64,000 nucleotides of DNA, taken from an uncultured Gammaproteobacteria bacterium (GTDB taxonomy: Bacteria > Patescibacteriota > Microgenomatia > UBA10105 > UBA927). Positions 48,184-57,090 of the stretch are shown piece after piece; the stretch's first letter is position 1; every line of letters begins with the position of its first letter. The DNA is taken from assembly GCA_964445435.1 (NCBI GenBank), contig CAYUKU010000001.1:183751-247750 (forward strand). Reading direction: 5' to 3'. Both the position numbers and the translations under genes were made by a program. Below the pieces are notes generated by a model that was given only the letters and a program-made list of their open reading frames with translations, searched no databases and was not told where the DNA came from.

Positions 48184-49413
48184 TTATGTACGTAGCTCTT
48201 GGAGAGCTTTTCGCAAAACAATACCTGATACTATCAAGACTATCCCCTCTGATGCAACGGTTATCCATGCTGCGGCGAGATATCCATATTGAGGAACCAA
48301 CATGCTGTTGAAAAGAACGTTCATGATCATGGAGAGACCGTAAATCCACACGAGCGATTTTTGTTTCCCTAATGTAATAAGTGTCCACATAGTCAGTGCG
48401 GATGCGAAGAAAAACGGGAAACTTAAAGATAAAATCCGAAGTGGCAGAATGCTGTCTTGGAAATCAGGCTGTATGGCGGTGACCAATGGTGAAGCCATTC
48501 GGACGGCGATGACGGCGATGCCAGATGCCACGATAAGAAAGAGAAGGGATTTTCGGATGATGGCCAAGAATTTGGCTTCCTGCGATCTCGCTTTCAAAAG
48601 CACGGGATAGAGCGCGTTTATAAAAAACGTCGGGAAGACGAGAACGAGTTCAAACAGTTTGTACGCAAGTCCGTAGATGCCAACTTCGGCGGTTGGCCGC
48701 GTGAGTGTCAAGATGACACTGTCCACGTGTCCGTACACCAGGTTAAACAAAAGCGTGAGTCCAAGAGGAAGTGCCTCAAGAAACATCGGAAGGTTATGTT
48801 TCCATGAGAAAGAGAGCGAGACCGATTCGCGAAGCATGCGCACACCAAGAAATGCAAAGATGGCAGTCGTCAAGCTTCCGGTAAGCAGAGTCAGTGTTCC
48901 GGCGAGAACCGCACTGACAGGAGTCTTCAGAGTGAACCATAACGTCGCAAGGGATAGCATGCTTCCTGCACCAAGGGCGAGTGTCGCAAGATCGTAACGG
49001 AGACGTTTCTGGAAAACGGCATTTGCCGTTGTGATAAGGGACTGAAAAATGATGGCAGGGGAGAAAAGTATAATTCCCAACCGTACGATATTTGTGTATC
49101 CGTCAGATGTGCTCTGGGGAAGAAACGCAAGGAGTGACACAGCAATGAACACGAGGAAAACTGCGAGAGTGAGTCGTGTAGCTAGTAAGACCGAGAGTGC
49201 ATGAGTATCTTGACGGCGCAGATAGATTGCGTTGAGTCCGAAGTCAGAAACGAGGAAAAAGAACCCGACGTAGGTCGTGACTTTTATCACATCTCCATAT
49301 CCGGTAACCCCAAATTGTCTCGCAAGAAGGAGGGTGATAAGGAACGTCGTCGTTGCTCCAACAATTTTCCCAACAACCTGGCTTAGCGTATTTGCCGCGA
49401 TGATCAGTTTCAT
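48184..49413 (-). CDS. Wzx-type oligosaccharide flippase
   Basis: LAR.FG..GYG, DFGL, D.VIL....EVGIYGLAYK, PQYGYLAAAW.T..SE. Confidence 0.88.
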   Translation of the reverse strand: MKLIIAANTLSQVVGKIVGATTTFLITLLLARQFGVTGYGDVIKVTTYVGFFFLVSDFGLNAIYLRRQDTHALSVLLATRLTLAVFLVFIAVSLLAFLPQSTSDGYTNIVRLGIILFSPAIIFQSLITTANAVFQKRLRYDLATLALGAGSMLSLATLWFTLKTPVSAVLAGTLTLLTGSLTTAIFAFLGVRMLRESVSLSFSWKHNLPMFLEALPLGLTLLFNLVYGHVDSVILTLTRPTAEVGIYGLAYKLFELVLVFPTFFINALYPVLLKARSQEAKFLAIIRKSLLFLIVASGIAVIAVRMASPLVTAIQPDFQDSILPLRILSLSFPFFFASALTMWTLITLGKQKSLVWIYGLSMIMNVLFNSMLVPQYGYLAAAWITVASEGIVLIVSGIVLRKALQELRT

Positions 49414-49536
49414 GAAGCTATTGTAGCACGCCTCATGTCAGACGGGAGGGATTATATGTGAAGAAGTTCATACATTTTCTGTTGTTTTCGGCCTATCTAT
49501 TTGCCATAATACAGAAGAATAATTTGCCGCATTTTT

Positions 49537-52086
49537 ATGTATCCTGCCGACGAGAGTGTTTTACCAGACGACGCAAAAAATCTTCCTGTGGCTCGTATTG
49601 ACGGGCAGGAAGAAATTTTCGTTATTCCGCTGCGGGAATATTTGGAAACAAACGGCTGCCGTGTAATTTTCAACCAGCCGTCAAGGGACCCCGTGGAGTA
49701 TCATATTGTCGCGGGGAGTTTGGACTTCGTGAAACATATTTTGGAAACCTCCCCGCAGTTGTCCGTCCGGCGGTTGGGAATTGTTATCCATTCTTCTTTT
49801 TCCGACGCCAAAAAGATCGCGTCGAGTCGAAACAAAATTGTTGTCGTCGATCCTGTGCAGTTAACAGAACAAGATGTCGTAGAAATATTTTCTTTCTTTT
49901 TTGCCGGCAATTCTGACAGCTTTGATAAAAGACGAAACAGACATGTGCCAGAAATAGCATCAGAAAGGGCAGAAAAGGCACCTGCTCCAAAAGTTGAAAA
50001 CTATGAAGACAAAAGGGAACTGGAAACAGAGAAAGAGAATGAGAAAAGGATTCAGACTCTAATACGGGATGTCTTCGGTGCAGACGTGTTGGCGAAAGCA
50101 CAAAAAGAAAAATTACGACAAAGGAAACGCCGACGAGAAAAGTGGAAACGCGCAGGCGCATATACAGTCGCAACCTTTTTCTTTTTCCTGTTGCCGGTTT
50201 TTTGGTACATCATGAGCATCGCGGCAACAGGAACACTCCTTATTGTCGCTGGTCGTGAATTGCACAGCGGACGTTTCACAAACGGACAGCGATTTGAAAG
50301 AGCGGCATCATACTGGAGACGTCAGGGGGAGTTTAGCTTCGGTTTAGTGGCGACGCCACTTCGATTCGCGGGCGGGCAGAAAATCGTGAGGGGGCAGGAA
50401 CGGTTGTTGTCGTTTTTCCGGGACGTATCTTCTCTATATATAGAGTCTTTCGATCTTATTACGGTCGGGAAGGAAGCGTCAGCGCTTCTTTTGCAGGGAG
50501 GGAAAGCACAATCAGACATATCCGCTGCCGTGACGATGGAGAAATTGCGACTGTCTGTTATCGCAATGTACGATTCCATGGGACTTGCTCAAGCGCAGCT
50601 CGCCATTATGCTCGAGGAACAGTCATTTCCGTTTAGCGTGTCGTATGTCCGAAAACGGGGAGAAGACGCTGCCCGTGTGTTGGGACAGGTGAGACGCCAA
50701 TTTGGTATCATCGAGCATTTACTTGTCTTGTATCCGCAAATGTCGGGGTTTGTGAAACCAGCGACCTATTTGGTGCTTCTGCAAAACAGCAATGAACTTC
50801 GGGCAACAGGCGGATTTATCGGGAGCATCGCGAAACTGACGTTGACGCAGGGGGTCATCTCGGATTTCGAAATCCAGGACGTGTATGCAGTAGACGGACA
50901 ATTGAAAGGACATGTCGATCCGCCTGATCCGATTGCAGAAATTTTGGGTCAGGAGCATTGGTATTTACGCGATAGCAATTGGGATCCGGATTTCAAAGTA
51001 AGCAGCAGACAAGCGTCCTGGTTTTACGAGAAGGAGACAGGGGAGAGTGTCGATGGGGTGATTGCCATAAATGTTCCCATTGTTGTAGATCTTCTGAAAG
51101 TCACAGGACCGCTTGTGCTTTCCGATTATAACGATCGGATCACTGCGGAAAACTTTTTCGGCAAATCGCTTTTCTACACCCAAAAGGATTTTTTCCCCGG
51201 GTCAACGCAAAAGCGTGACTTTCTGGGGACTCTTGCGCGCACGCTCATAACCCGGTTGACCACTGACCACAACATTTCGCCGGTAGATTTGTTCCGAACG
51301 ATTTCCGTGGGACTTGAGCGACGGGACATTATGTTTTATTTCAATGACGCTGACCTTCAAGAGCTTGTTGAGCATTATCAGTGGGCCGGTCGTATGTTCG
51401 GTCAACCAGGGTGTCTCGGTGTGGATAGTCAGTTATGCTTCTTCGATCCGTTTGCGTTTTCCGAAACAAACCTGAGTGTTAGCAAGGTAAATTATTTCGT
51501 ATCAAGAAGTGCGCTTCGTGAGATAACAATTGCACCCGACGGGTCGGTGACTGAAAGTGTCACCGTGACCATAAAAAATGATGCCCAGGGAGAAGAGCCG
51601 GGTGTCAGCGGAGGCTATGTCGTCTACGGGCGATTTTTTGTCCCGGCGGATGCACAGGTGCAGGAGATTACGCTTGATGCAGTTCCAATTCCTTCGAGAA
51701 ACCCGGAGGATACGATCCGTCCCGATTTCCCATACATCGAGCGTGCCGATGCTCCTGAGGGGATATCGGGGTTCGGCGCGGCTATTGAGGTGGCGCCGGG
51801 TTCCAGTCGGCAAATTCGAATTTCCTATACGCGGGGGCAACGTTTTCCGGATATGTCCCAAGCCGGGCGAAAGACGATGTTTGAGGCGCTTTATTATAAA
51901 CAACCAGGATTGCACGGCACGCCGCTGACAACGCGGGTGCGATTTCCCGTTTTTTGGCGGGCGGCTGATGAGACCGGACCGAAAGAAGGGGGAGCAGATG
52001 CTACAGTTATTGCAAAAGAGGGTGAATTTGAGTACAATACGACGGTATTTACTGATATCTCAACGCGAATGCATTTTACCAAATGA
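49537..52086 (+). CDS. DUF4012-domain protein
   Basis: YLVLLQNSNELRATGGFIGS, DVYAVDGQL, LRDSNWDPDF, VDGVIAIN, ETN...KVN. Confidence 0.85.
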   Translation: MYPADESVLPDDAKNLPVARIDGQEEIFVIPLREYLETNGCRVIFNQPSRDPVEYHIVAGSLDFVKHILETSPQLSVRRLGIVIHSSFSDAKKIASSRNKIVVVDPVQLTEQDVVEIFSFFFAGNSDSFDKRRNRHVPEIASERAEKAPAPKVENYEDKRELETEKENEKRIQTLIRDVFGADVLAKAQKEKLRQRKRRREKWKRAGAYTVATFFFFLLPVFWYIMSIAATGTLLIVAGRELHSGRFTNGQRFERAASYWRRQGEFSFGLVATPLRFAGGQKIVRGQERLLSFFRDVSSLYIESFDLITVGKEASALLLQGGKAQSDISAAVTMEKLRLSVIAMYDSMGLAQAQLAIMLEEQSFPFSVSYVRKRGEDAARVLGQVRRQFGIIEHLLVLYPQMSGFVKPATYLVLLQNSNELRATGGFIGSIAKLTLTQGVISDFEIQDVYAVDGQLKGHVDPPDPIAEILGQEHWYLRDSNWDPDFKVSSRQASWFYEKETGESVDGVIAINVPIVVDLLKVTGPLVLSDYNDRITAENFFGKSLFYTQKDFFPGSTQKRDFLGTLARTLITRLTTDHNISPVDLFRTISVGLERRDIMFYFNDADLQELVEHYQWAGRMFGQPGCLGVDSQLCFFDPFAFSETNLSVSKVNYFVSRSALREITIAPDGSVTESVTVTIKNDAQGEEPGVSGGYVVYGRFFVPADAQVQEITLDAVPIPSRNPEDTIRPDFPYIERADAPEGISGFGAAIEVAPGSSRQIRISYTRGQRFPDMSQAGRKTMFEALYYKQPGLHGTPLTTRVRFPVFWRAADETGPKEGGADATVIAKEGEFEYNTTVFTDISTRMHFTK

Positions 52087-52796
52087 ACAAACATTCTTTA
52101 TCAGCCCAGTTGCGCCAGATCGTCGGCAAGAAGGTAAAATCTCTGCGTAAGGCCGGGCAGTTACCGGCAACCGTGTACGGGAAGAACGTCAAAAGCGTTT
52201 CCTTGATGGTTGAAAGGGAGGCGTTTGAGCACGTCTACCAGAAAACCGGCGAGACCGGACTTATCGAATTAGGCCTCGGACAGGAAGCGCGACCCGTACT
52301 TGTTCATAACGTACAAGTGGATCCTGTGACAAATGAGCCGCTTCATGTGGAATTTCATCAGGTGGATTTGAAGGAAAAAGTACGCGCAAAAGTTCCGGTT
52401 GAGGTGACGGGGGAGGCTCCTGCAGTATCACAGAAGCTTGGCGTCCTTCTTACCGTGCTTCATGATATTGAGGTAGAAGCATTGCCGGCTGATCTTCCAG
52501 AGAAGGTAACCATTGATGTTTCGAAGCTCGCTGCCGTTGATGAAGAAATAAGAGTTGGTGATATTCATGTATCCGATGCCGTTACCGTTTTAACGGATGC
52601 CGCACTTACGGTTGTGAAAGTCGGGCCGTTGGTGACGAAGGAAGCAGAGGCACAGGCAGCCGCTGAAGCAGCTGCCGCAGCAGAAGCAGCAGCGACCCCG
52701 CCAGCTGAGGGTGAGGTAACAGAAGCTTCAGGTAAAAAACCGGAGGAAGTCAAAGCCACCGAAACCAAGTCCCAAGAAGAGAAAAAAGCTGCGTAA
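52083..52796 (+). CDS. rplY: 50S ribosomal protein L25/Ctc
   Basis: GKKVK.LRK.G.LPATVYG, HVEF, ALPADLPE.V.IDVS.L; Ala/Glu-rich tail. Confidence 0.95.
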   Translation: MNKHSLSAQLRQIVGKKVKSLRKAGQLPATVYGKNVKSVSLMVEREAFEHVYQKTGETGLIELGLGQEARPVLVHNVQVDPVTNEPLHVEFHQVDLKEKVRAKVPVEVTGEAPAVSQKLGVLLTVLHDIEVEALPADLPEKVTIDVSKLAAVDEEIRVGDIHVSDAVTVLTDAALTVVKVGPLVTKEAEAQAAAEAAAAAEAAATPPAEGEVTEASGKKPEEVKATETKSQEEKKAA

Positions 52797-52800
52797 CCCC

Positions 52801-53217
52801 TTATTTGGTTTCTTCTTCAAGCTGTTTGAGAAGTTTGTGCGAAGCGGACGAATTCGGATCAAGAGTTAGGGCTTTCTGAAGAAATTCTTTCGTTTGTCCT
52901 TTTTCTCCCAATTGGTAGGAGAGGAAAGCTGCCATAATATACGCATCCCGATAATCCGGTTTTTCTTCTATGAGTTTTTTCCAGTACGAGAGTTGTGCTT
53001 CTAATACATGAGGCGCTGTTGCGGCGCCGAGGACGGCTTTATCGGTGAGTGTGTCAGAGGCGACGGGTGGCTGTATGCCCGTGAGCTTGTTTATGCTGAT
53101 CAGAAGGCCGACGGCAGTCCAAGCGGCAAACAGCTTCGCCCAGGAGACAAGGCTGCGAAAGACGTGTGCGGGGAAAAATCGGGAAATGTGCGGGAATTGA
53201 AAGCGGTAAGTTTTCAT
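52801..53217 (-). CDS. Membrane-anchored TPR protein
   Basis: TM helix, then KPDYRDAY..A..SYQLG....A...LDPN. Confidence 0.75.
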   Translation of the reverse strand: MKTYRFQFPHISRFFPAHVFRSLVSWAKLFAAWTAVGLLISINKLTGIQPPVASDTLTDKAVLGAATAPHVLEAQLSYWKKLIEEKPDYRDAYIMAAFLSYQLGEKGQTKEFLQKALTLDPNSSASHKLLKQLEEETK

Positions 53218-53483
53218 CGTGCTTTATTGTAGGAAGCCTGAGGAGGAATTGCAACACCACGCGTCCATTGCTCTTAGCTTCAGGCTATGGTATTCTAGGT
53301 ATCACAAAACTGCCAGACAGAAAAGGGAAATATGCCCGGTAGTAGAATTTCGACGCGCATTGTTTTTCTTTGCCTGCGTGTGGAAGGACTATCTGGTTGG
53401 GAATAAACATACAAACAGAAAGAAAGGAGCTGAAATTTCGAAAAACAAGCGCAACGGCAAAGGTCGAAATTTCACAACCCGGT

Positions 53484-54164
53484 ATGGCCAAAAAGAAACG
53501 GAAAATTTCAGTATCGCCCAAACGTGAGGCTGATCAGGTGGGGGAATTTCCTCGTGTTGAGCCTCAATCGCAGCCGACTGCAGGCAAATTCATGCTTCGT
53601 CGGTGGCAAATGATTGCCGGCTTCGTGATATTAGTCGGCTTGGGAGTGTGGGCATTTAAGAGTGGCATGATCGTGGCGGCGACCGTCAATGGGAAGCCTA
53701 TATTTAAGTGGCAGCTTACCAAGACGCTTGTGAGTAGATTCGGAACGCAGACCCTTGAATCGATGATTACCGAACAGTTAATTGCCGATGCAGCCCAAAA
53801 GGACGGGATTGTCATTTCCCAGGCTGATGTAGACAAGAAGGTGGGAGGGATCGTCAAGAGTCTTGGGGAAAACGTCAACCTGGACGAGCTTCTTAAGTAT
53901 CAGGGGATGACGAAGGCTGATTTCGAACATCAAATTCGGCTTCAGTTAACGGTCGAGAAGATTCTGAGCAAAGACGTCACTATCGAAGAGAAAGACGTGG
54001 ATACCTTCATTACGGAAAATCGCAAAACGATGGTAGCTTCTGAAGAGGCAGCGCTTCGAGAAGAGGCGAGAGTAACCATTCTTTCTCAGAAAGTAAGCGA
54101 GAAAATTCAGCCATGGTTAGGCGAGCTCAAAAGTAAGGCACGTGTTGTGAAATACTTGCAATAA
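53484..54164 (+). CDS. SurA N-terminal domain / PrsA-like chaperone without PPIase domain (start uncertain)
   Basis: TM anchor, VAATVNGKPI, L..MITEQLI..AA...GI.IS..DVD, W...LKSKA.V. Confidence 0.8.
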   Translation: MAKKKRKISVSPKREADQVGEFPRVEPQSQPTAGKFMLRRWQMIAGFVILVGLGVWAFKSGMIVAATVNGKPIFKWQLTKTLVSRFGTQTLESMITEQLIADAAQKDGIVISQADVDKKVGGIVKSLGENVNLDELLKYQGMTKADFEHQIRLQLTVEKILSKDVTIEEKDVDTFITENRKTMVASEEAALREEARVTILSQKVSEKIQPWLGELKSKARVVKYLQ

Positions 54165-54173
54165 AGGAGGGAC

Positions 54174-54425
54174 ATGCCCTGGTATTTGGGAAACAGTCGG
54201 GCGATGGATCAGTGGTTGGGAGGCGGAATAGTCGTCATTGCCCTGTGGTCTTCCTTATGGACAGGGCTTGTGCTTTGGCATGCTGCCCGACGAGAGCAAA
54301 AGGGATGGTTTATCTTTTTTCTTCTGGTTCATACGGCAGGTATTTTGGAAATACTCTATCTTCTCTTCGTGACCAATGTCCTGGCGTCGGGCAGAAAATC
54401 CTCCAAAAAACGGGGACGTTCGTAA
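54174..54425 (+). CDS. Small membrane protein, DUF5652-like
   Basis: WS..WTGL.LW.AAR..QKGWF.....TAGILEILYL; AAAGGAGG upstream. Confidence 0.75.
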   Translation: MPWYLGNSRAMDQWLGGGIVVIALWSSLWTGLVLWHAARREQKGWFIFFLLVHTAGILEILYLLFVTNVLASGRKSSKKRGRS

Positions 54426-54441
54426 ACAGGGGGGGCACATC

Positions 54442-55491
54442 ATGTCGACGTGGCGCAAGTTGAAACGCAATCCGGAGCTTTGGGGCCGATATTTCCTCCG
54501 GGAAAAGGTGTACCAGGCAATACGTTCGTATTTCGCACGCGAAGGATTCCATGAGATCGAAACCCCGCTTCTTATAGCACGCCCTCCGGCTGAGAGTTAT
54601 CTGGATGTTTTCACAACGACGCTTTTTGACCGGAGCCGCCGCCAGAGCCCGATGTATTTGTCCACTTCGCCGGAAGTGCCGCTGAAGAAGCTCATGGTTG
54701 CCGGAGTTGGGAATTGCTATAGCCTCACCAAGAGCTTCAGGAATATGGAAACCCAAAGTTCGTTTCACAACCCGGAGTTTACGATTCTCGAGTGGTACCG
54801 TGTGGGAGCAACCTATATGGATATCATGGAGGATTGTGAAAAACTTGTATCCCACATATGGACTTCGATTCGAGGGAAAGCCAGTTCGCTACTTGTGTAC
54901 CAGGGGAAGCGGGTGGATATCTCTACCCCATGGGAACGGATAACGGTTTCAGAGGCTTTCTCAAAATGGGCCGGGGTGCCGTTTGATGCGTTTCTGAACG
55001 AAAGCGAAGCCCGCACGATTGCACGTGCCAAAGGGTATCGTGTGGAGAAACAAACGACGTGGGAAGAACTTTTTAATCAGATTTTTCTCAATGAGGTCGA
55101 GGGTCATCTTGGAAGGGGGAGGCCGACGATTCTGTATGACTTTCCGGCTGCCATGGGTGCGCTTGCGCGCAAAAAAAGGTCAGACCCCCGGTTTGCGGAA
55201 CGATTCGAGTTCTATATCGAAGGCCTTGAGCTGGGCGACTGTTACGGTGAGTTAACGGACGCAGATGAACAGGAGATGCGGTTTAAGAAAGAGTTGGATG
55301 AGATAAAGCGTCTGGGGAAAACGCCCTATGATTACGATCATGATTTCATCGATGCGCTTCGCATGGGACTGCCGGAAAGTAGCGGCATAGCAGTAGGAGT
55401 GGATAGGCTTCTTATGCTTTTTGCCGACGTGACGGATATCGCTGATGTTTTATTTTTTCCGGCTAAGGAACTTCTGGAGCCCGGCGCATGA
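54442..55491 (+). CDS. epmA: EF-P lysine aminoacylase EpmA (GenX/PoxA)
   Basis: LysRS-like catalytic domain without anticodon domain: YLSTSPE..LKKL, FRN.E....HNPEFTILEWY, ERFEFY..GLEL, GLP.SSGIAVGVDRL. Confidence 0.9.
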   Translation: MSTWRKLKRNPELWGRYFLREKVYQAIRSYFAREGFHEIETPLLIARPPAESYLDVFTTTLFDRSRRQSPMYLSTSPEVPLKKLMVAGVGNCYSLTKSFRNMETQSSFHNPEFTILEWYRVGATYMDIMEDCEKLVSHIWTSIRGKASSLLVYQGKRVDISTPWERITVSEAFSKWAGVPFDAFLNESEARTIARAKGYRVEKQTTWEELFNQIFLNEVEGHLGRGRPTILYDFPAAMGALARKKRSDPRFAERFEFYIEGLELGDCYGELTDADEQEMRFKKELDEIKRLGKTPYDYDHDFIDALRMGLPESSGIAVGVDRLLMLFADVTDIADVLFFPAKELLEPGA

Positions 55492-56153
55492 TGAACCGTG
55501 TTCGTACAACTGTGCAGAATATTCCATCTTCCGTGTGTCTTGTTGCGGTCACAAAAACGTTCCCCTTTGCGGTGATCCCTCCTGCGTACACCGAGGGGAT
55601 TCGGCATTTTGCTGAAAATAGGATAGATGAGGCGCGAGGTAAAATCGAGGAAGCGCATAAAAGCGGGCTAAATGACATTACCTGGCACATGATCGGCCAT
55701 GTCCAATCCCGTAAAGTTAAAGAGGTTGTTTCCCTCTTCGATTGGGTGGATAGCGTTGATAGTATACGGTTGCTTGAAAAGCTAGACAGGGCAGCGGGGT
55801 CGCTTCGTAAACATCTTCATATTCTTCTGGAGGTAAACGTATCGGGTGAATCTAGTAAATTCGGTTTTACTCCAAATGAGATAGTCGGTGCGGTTGAAAA
55901 GGGGGTGAAGTGCCACAGCCTCGTTCTAGAAGGACTTATGACGATGGCTCCGTATGTAAAAAACGCAGATGAAAACAGGGCGTATTTTCAGTCTCTAAGA
56001 AAGCTTTCGGAAACGATTCGTGTACAGTTCCCGACATTCGGAACCCATCTTTCTATGGGTACGAGTTGCGATTATATGGTGGCTATCGAAGAGAGTGCAA
56101 CACAGATTCGGTTAGGAGAGGCGCTTTTTGGCAAACGGGAGAAAGTCCTCTAA
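55488..56153 (+). CDS. yggS: YggS family PLP homeostasis protein
   Basis: LVAVTK, AENR, WHMIGHVQSRK, EVNVSGE.SKFG, GLMTM, LSMG.S.DY..AIE..AT.IRLG. Confidence 0.92.
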   Translation: MMNRVRTTVQNIPSSVCLVAVTKTFPFAVIPPAYTEGIRHFAENRIDEARGKIEEAHKSGLNDITWHMIGHVQSRKVKEVVSLFDWVDSVDSIRLLEKLDRAAGSLRKHLHILLEVNVSGESSKFGFTPNEIVGAVEKGVKCHSLVLEGLMTMAPYVKNADENRAYFQSLRKLSETIRVQFPTFGTHLSMGTSCDYMVAIEESATQIRLGEALFGKREKVL

Positions 56154-57049
56154 TATCCGCTTCCAGTTGCCGGAGTGGGGGTTGATGTGGAAAGAGGTAC
56201 AGAAGATGTGGGCGTGGGGGAAGACGGTGCCGTCCCCGGGATGGAGATGGTGGTAAGAATCTGATTAAACACTTCGTCGTCCGCAACAAAGTCGGCAGTC
56301 ACCCCATTGGGAGTGAAGTGATTTACCTCAAGAGAGGTCGTTGCGGAGACTTCGATCATGACGCCCCGCATTCTGCTAAATGCATATCCCGAGAGTGTGC
56401 GGCCGGTAAACAGGCCGGTAAACTCAGTTGCGGGTCTTCCTGCAACCGTGACCTTTTTCGTCGTAAATGAGGTGCCGTTTGCATCAGAGATGATACTGCC
56501 GCGGAAATCAGCGAGAGTTGCACCCGTTCCGCGAGGGGCTACGGTAAATCGGCTGCCCCCCGGAAGGTACGTTCCTTGAGAGGCACAGCCCGTTCCGTCA
56601 CAAATCGGGGAAAGAACGTTGGACGGAAGTTTGAATGTGATGCCTGCAAACGGAAGCTTGGTCGTGCCGCTAATGACGTCGTATGTTTTCCACTGTTCGT
56701 TTACGGTGGGCGCACCGGTTACGAGTGGTGTGACACGGGCTCCGGCAGAAGGTGTTGGCTGTCGTGTGGTAATGTTTCCGTCTTCCGTTTCTGCGGGAAC
56801 AAATTGCCGTACGACGCTTGAGAGCCAGATGCCGGCGGCAAACAGTCCGACGAAAAGAATAAATGTTACAAGCGTGCCCAGAAAGGATCCGGATTTTTTG
56901 GGAGGGGGTGGCGGCGGGGTTGGAGGATGGGGTAGGGCTACTTCCGGCGTTTCCTCATAGGTAAGCGGCTGGGTAGGTTTCGCAGGCTCTGTTTGCGGCT
57001 GATCTTTCGACGTGCCGTATAAATCATCGTTCGTTATCGGGTCTGCCAT
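56150..57049 (-). CDS. Hypothetical single-TM surface protein, Pro/Thr-rich
   Basis: PPTPPPPPPKK before a TM helix, extracellular domain with a CDGTGC pair, C-terminal SPTPTSS...TPTP. Confidence 0.75.
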   Translation of the reverse strand: MADPITNDDLYGTSKDQPQTEPAKPTQPLTYEETPEVALPHPPTPPPPPPKKSGSFLGTLVTFILFVGLFAAGIWLSSVVRQFVPAETEDGNITTRQPTPSAGARVTPLVTGAPTVNEQWKTYDVISGTTKLPFAGITFKLPSNVLSPICDGTGCASQGTYLPGGSRFTVAPRGTGATLADFRGSIISDANGTSFTTKKVTVAGRPATEFTGLFTGRTLSGYAFSRMRGVMIEVSATTSLEVNHFTPNGVTADFVADDEVFNQILTTISIPGTAPSSPTPTSSVPLSTSTPTPATGSGY

Positions 57050-57090
57050 ACGGGTATTGTTTCATCACGGCCGCCTGTTTGTCAACGAGG

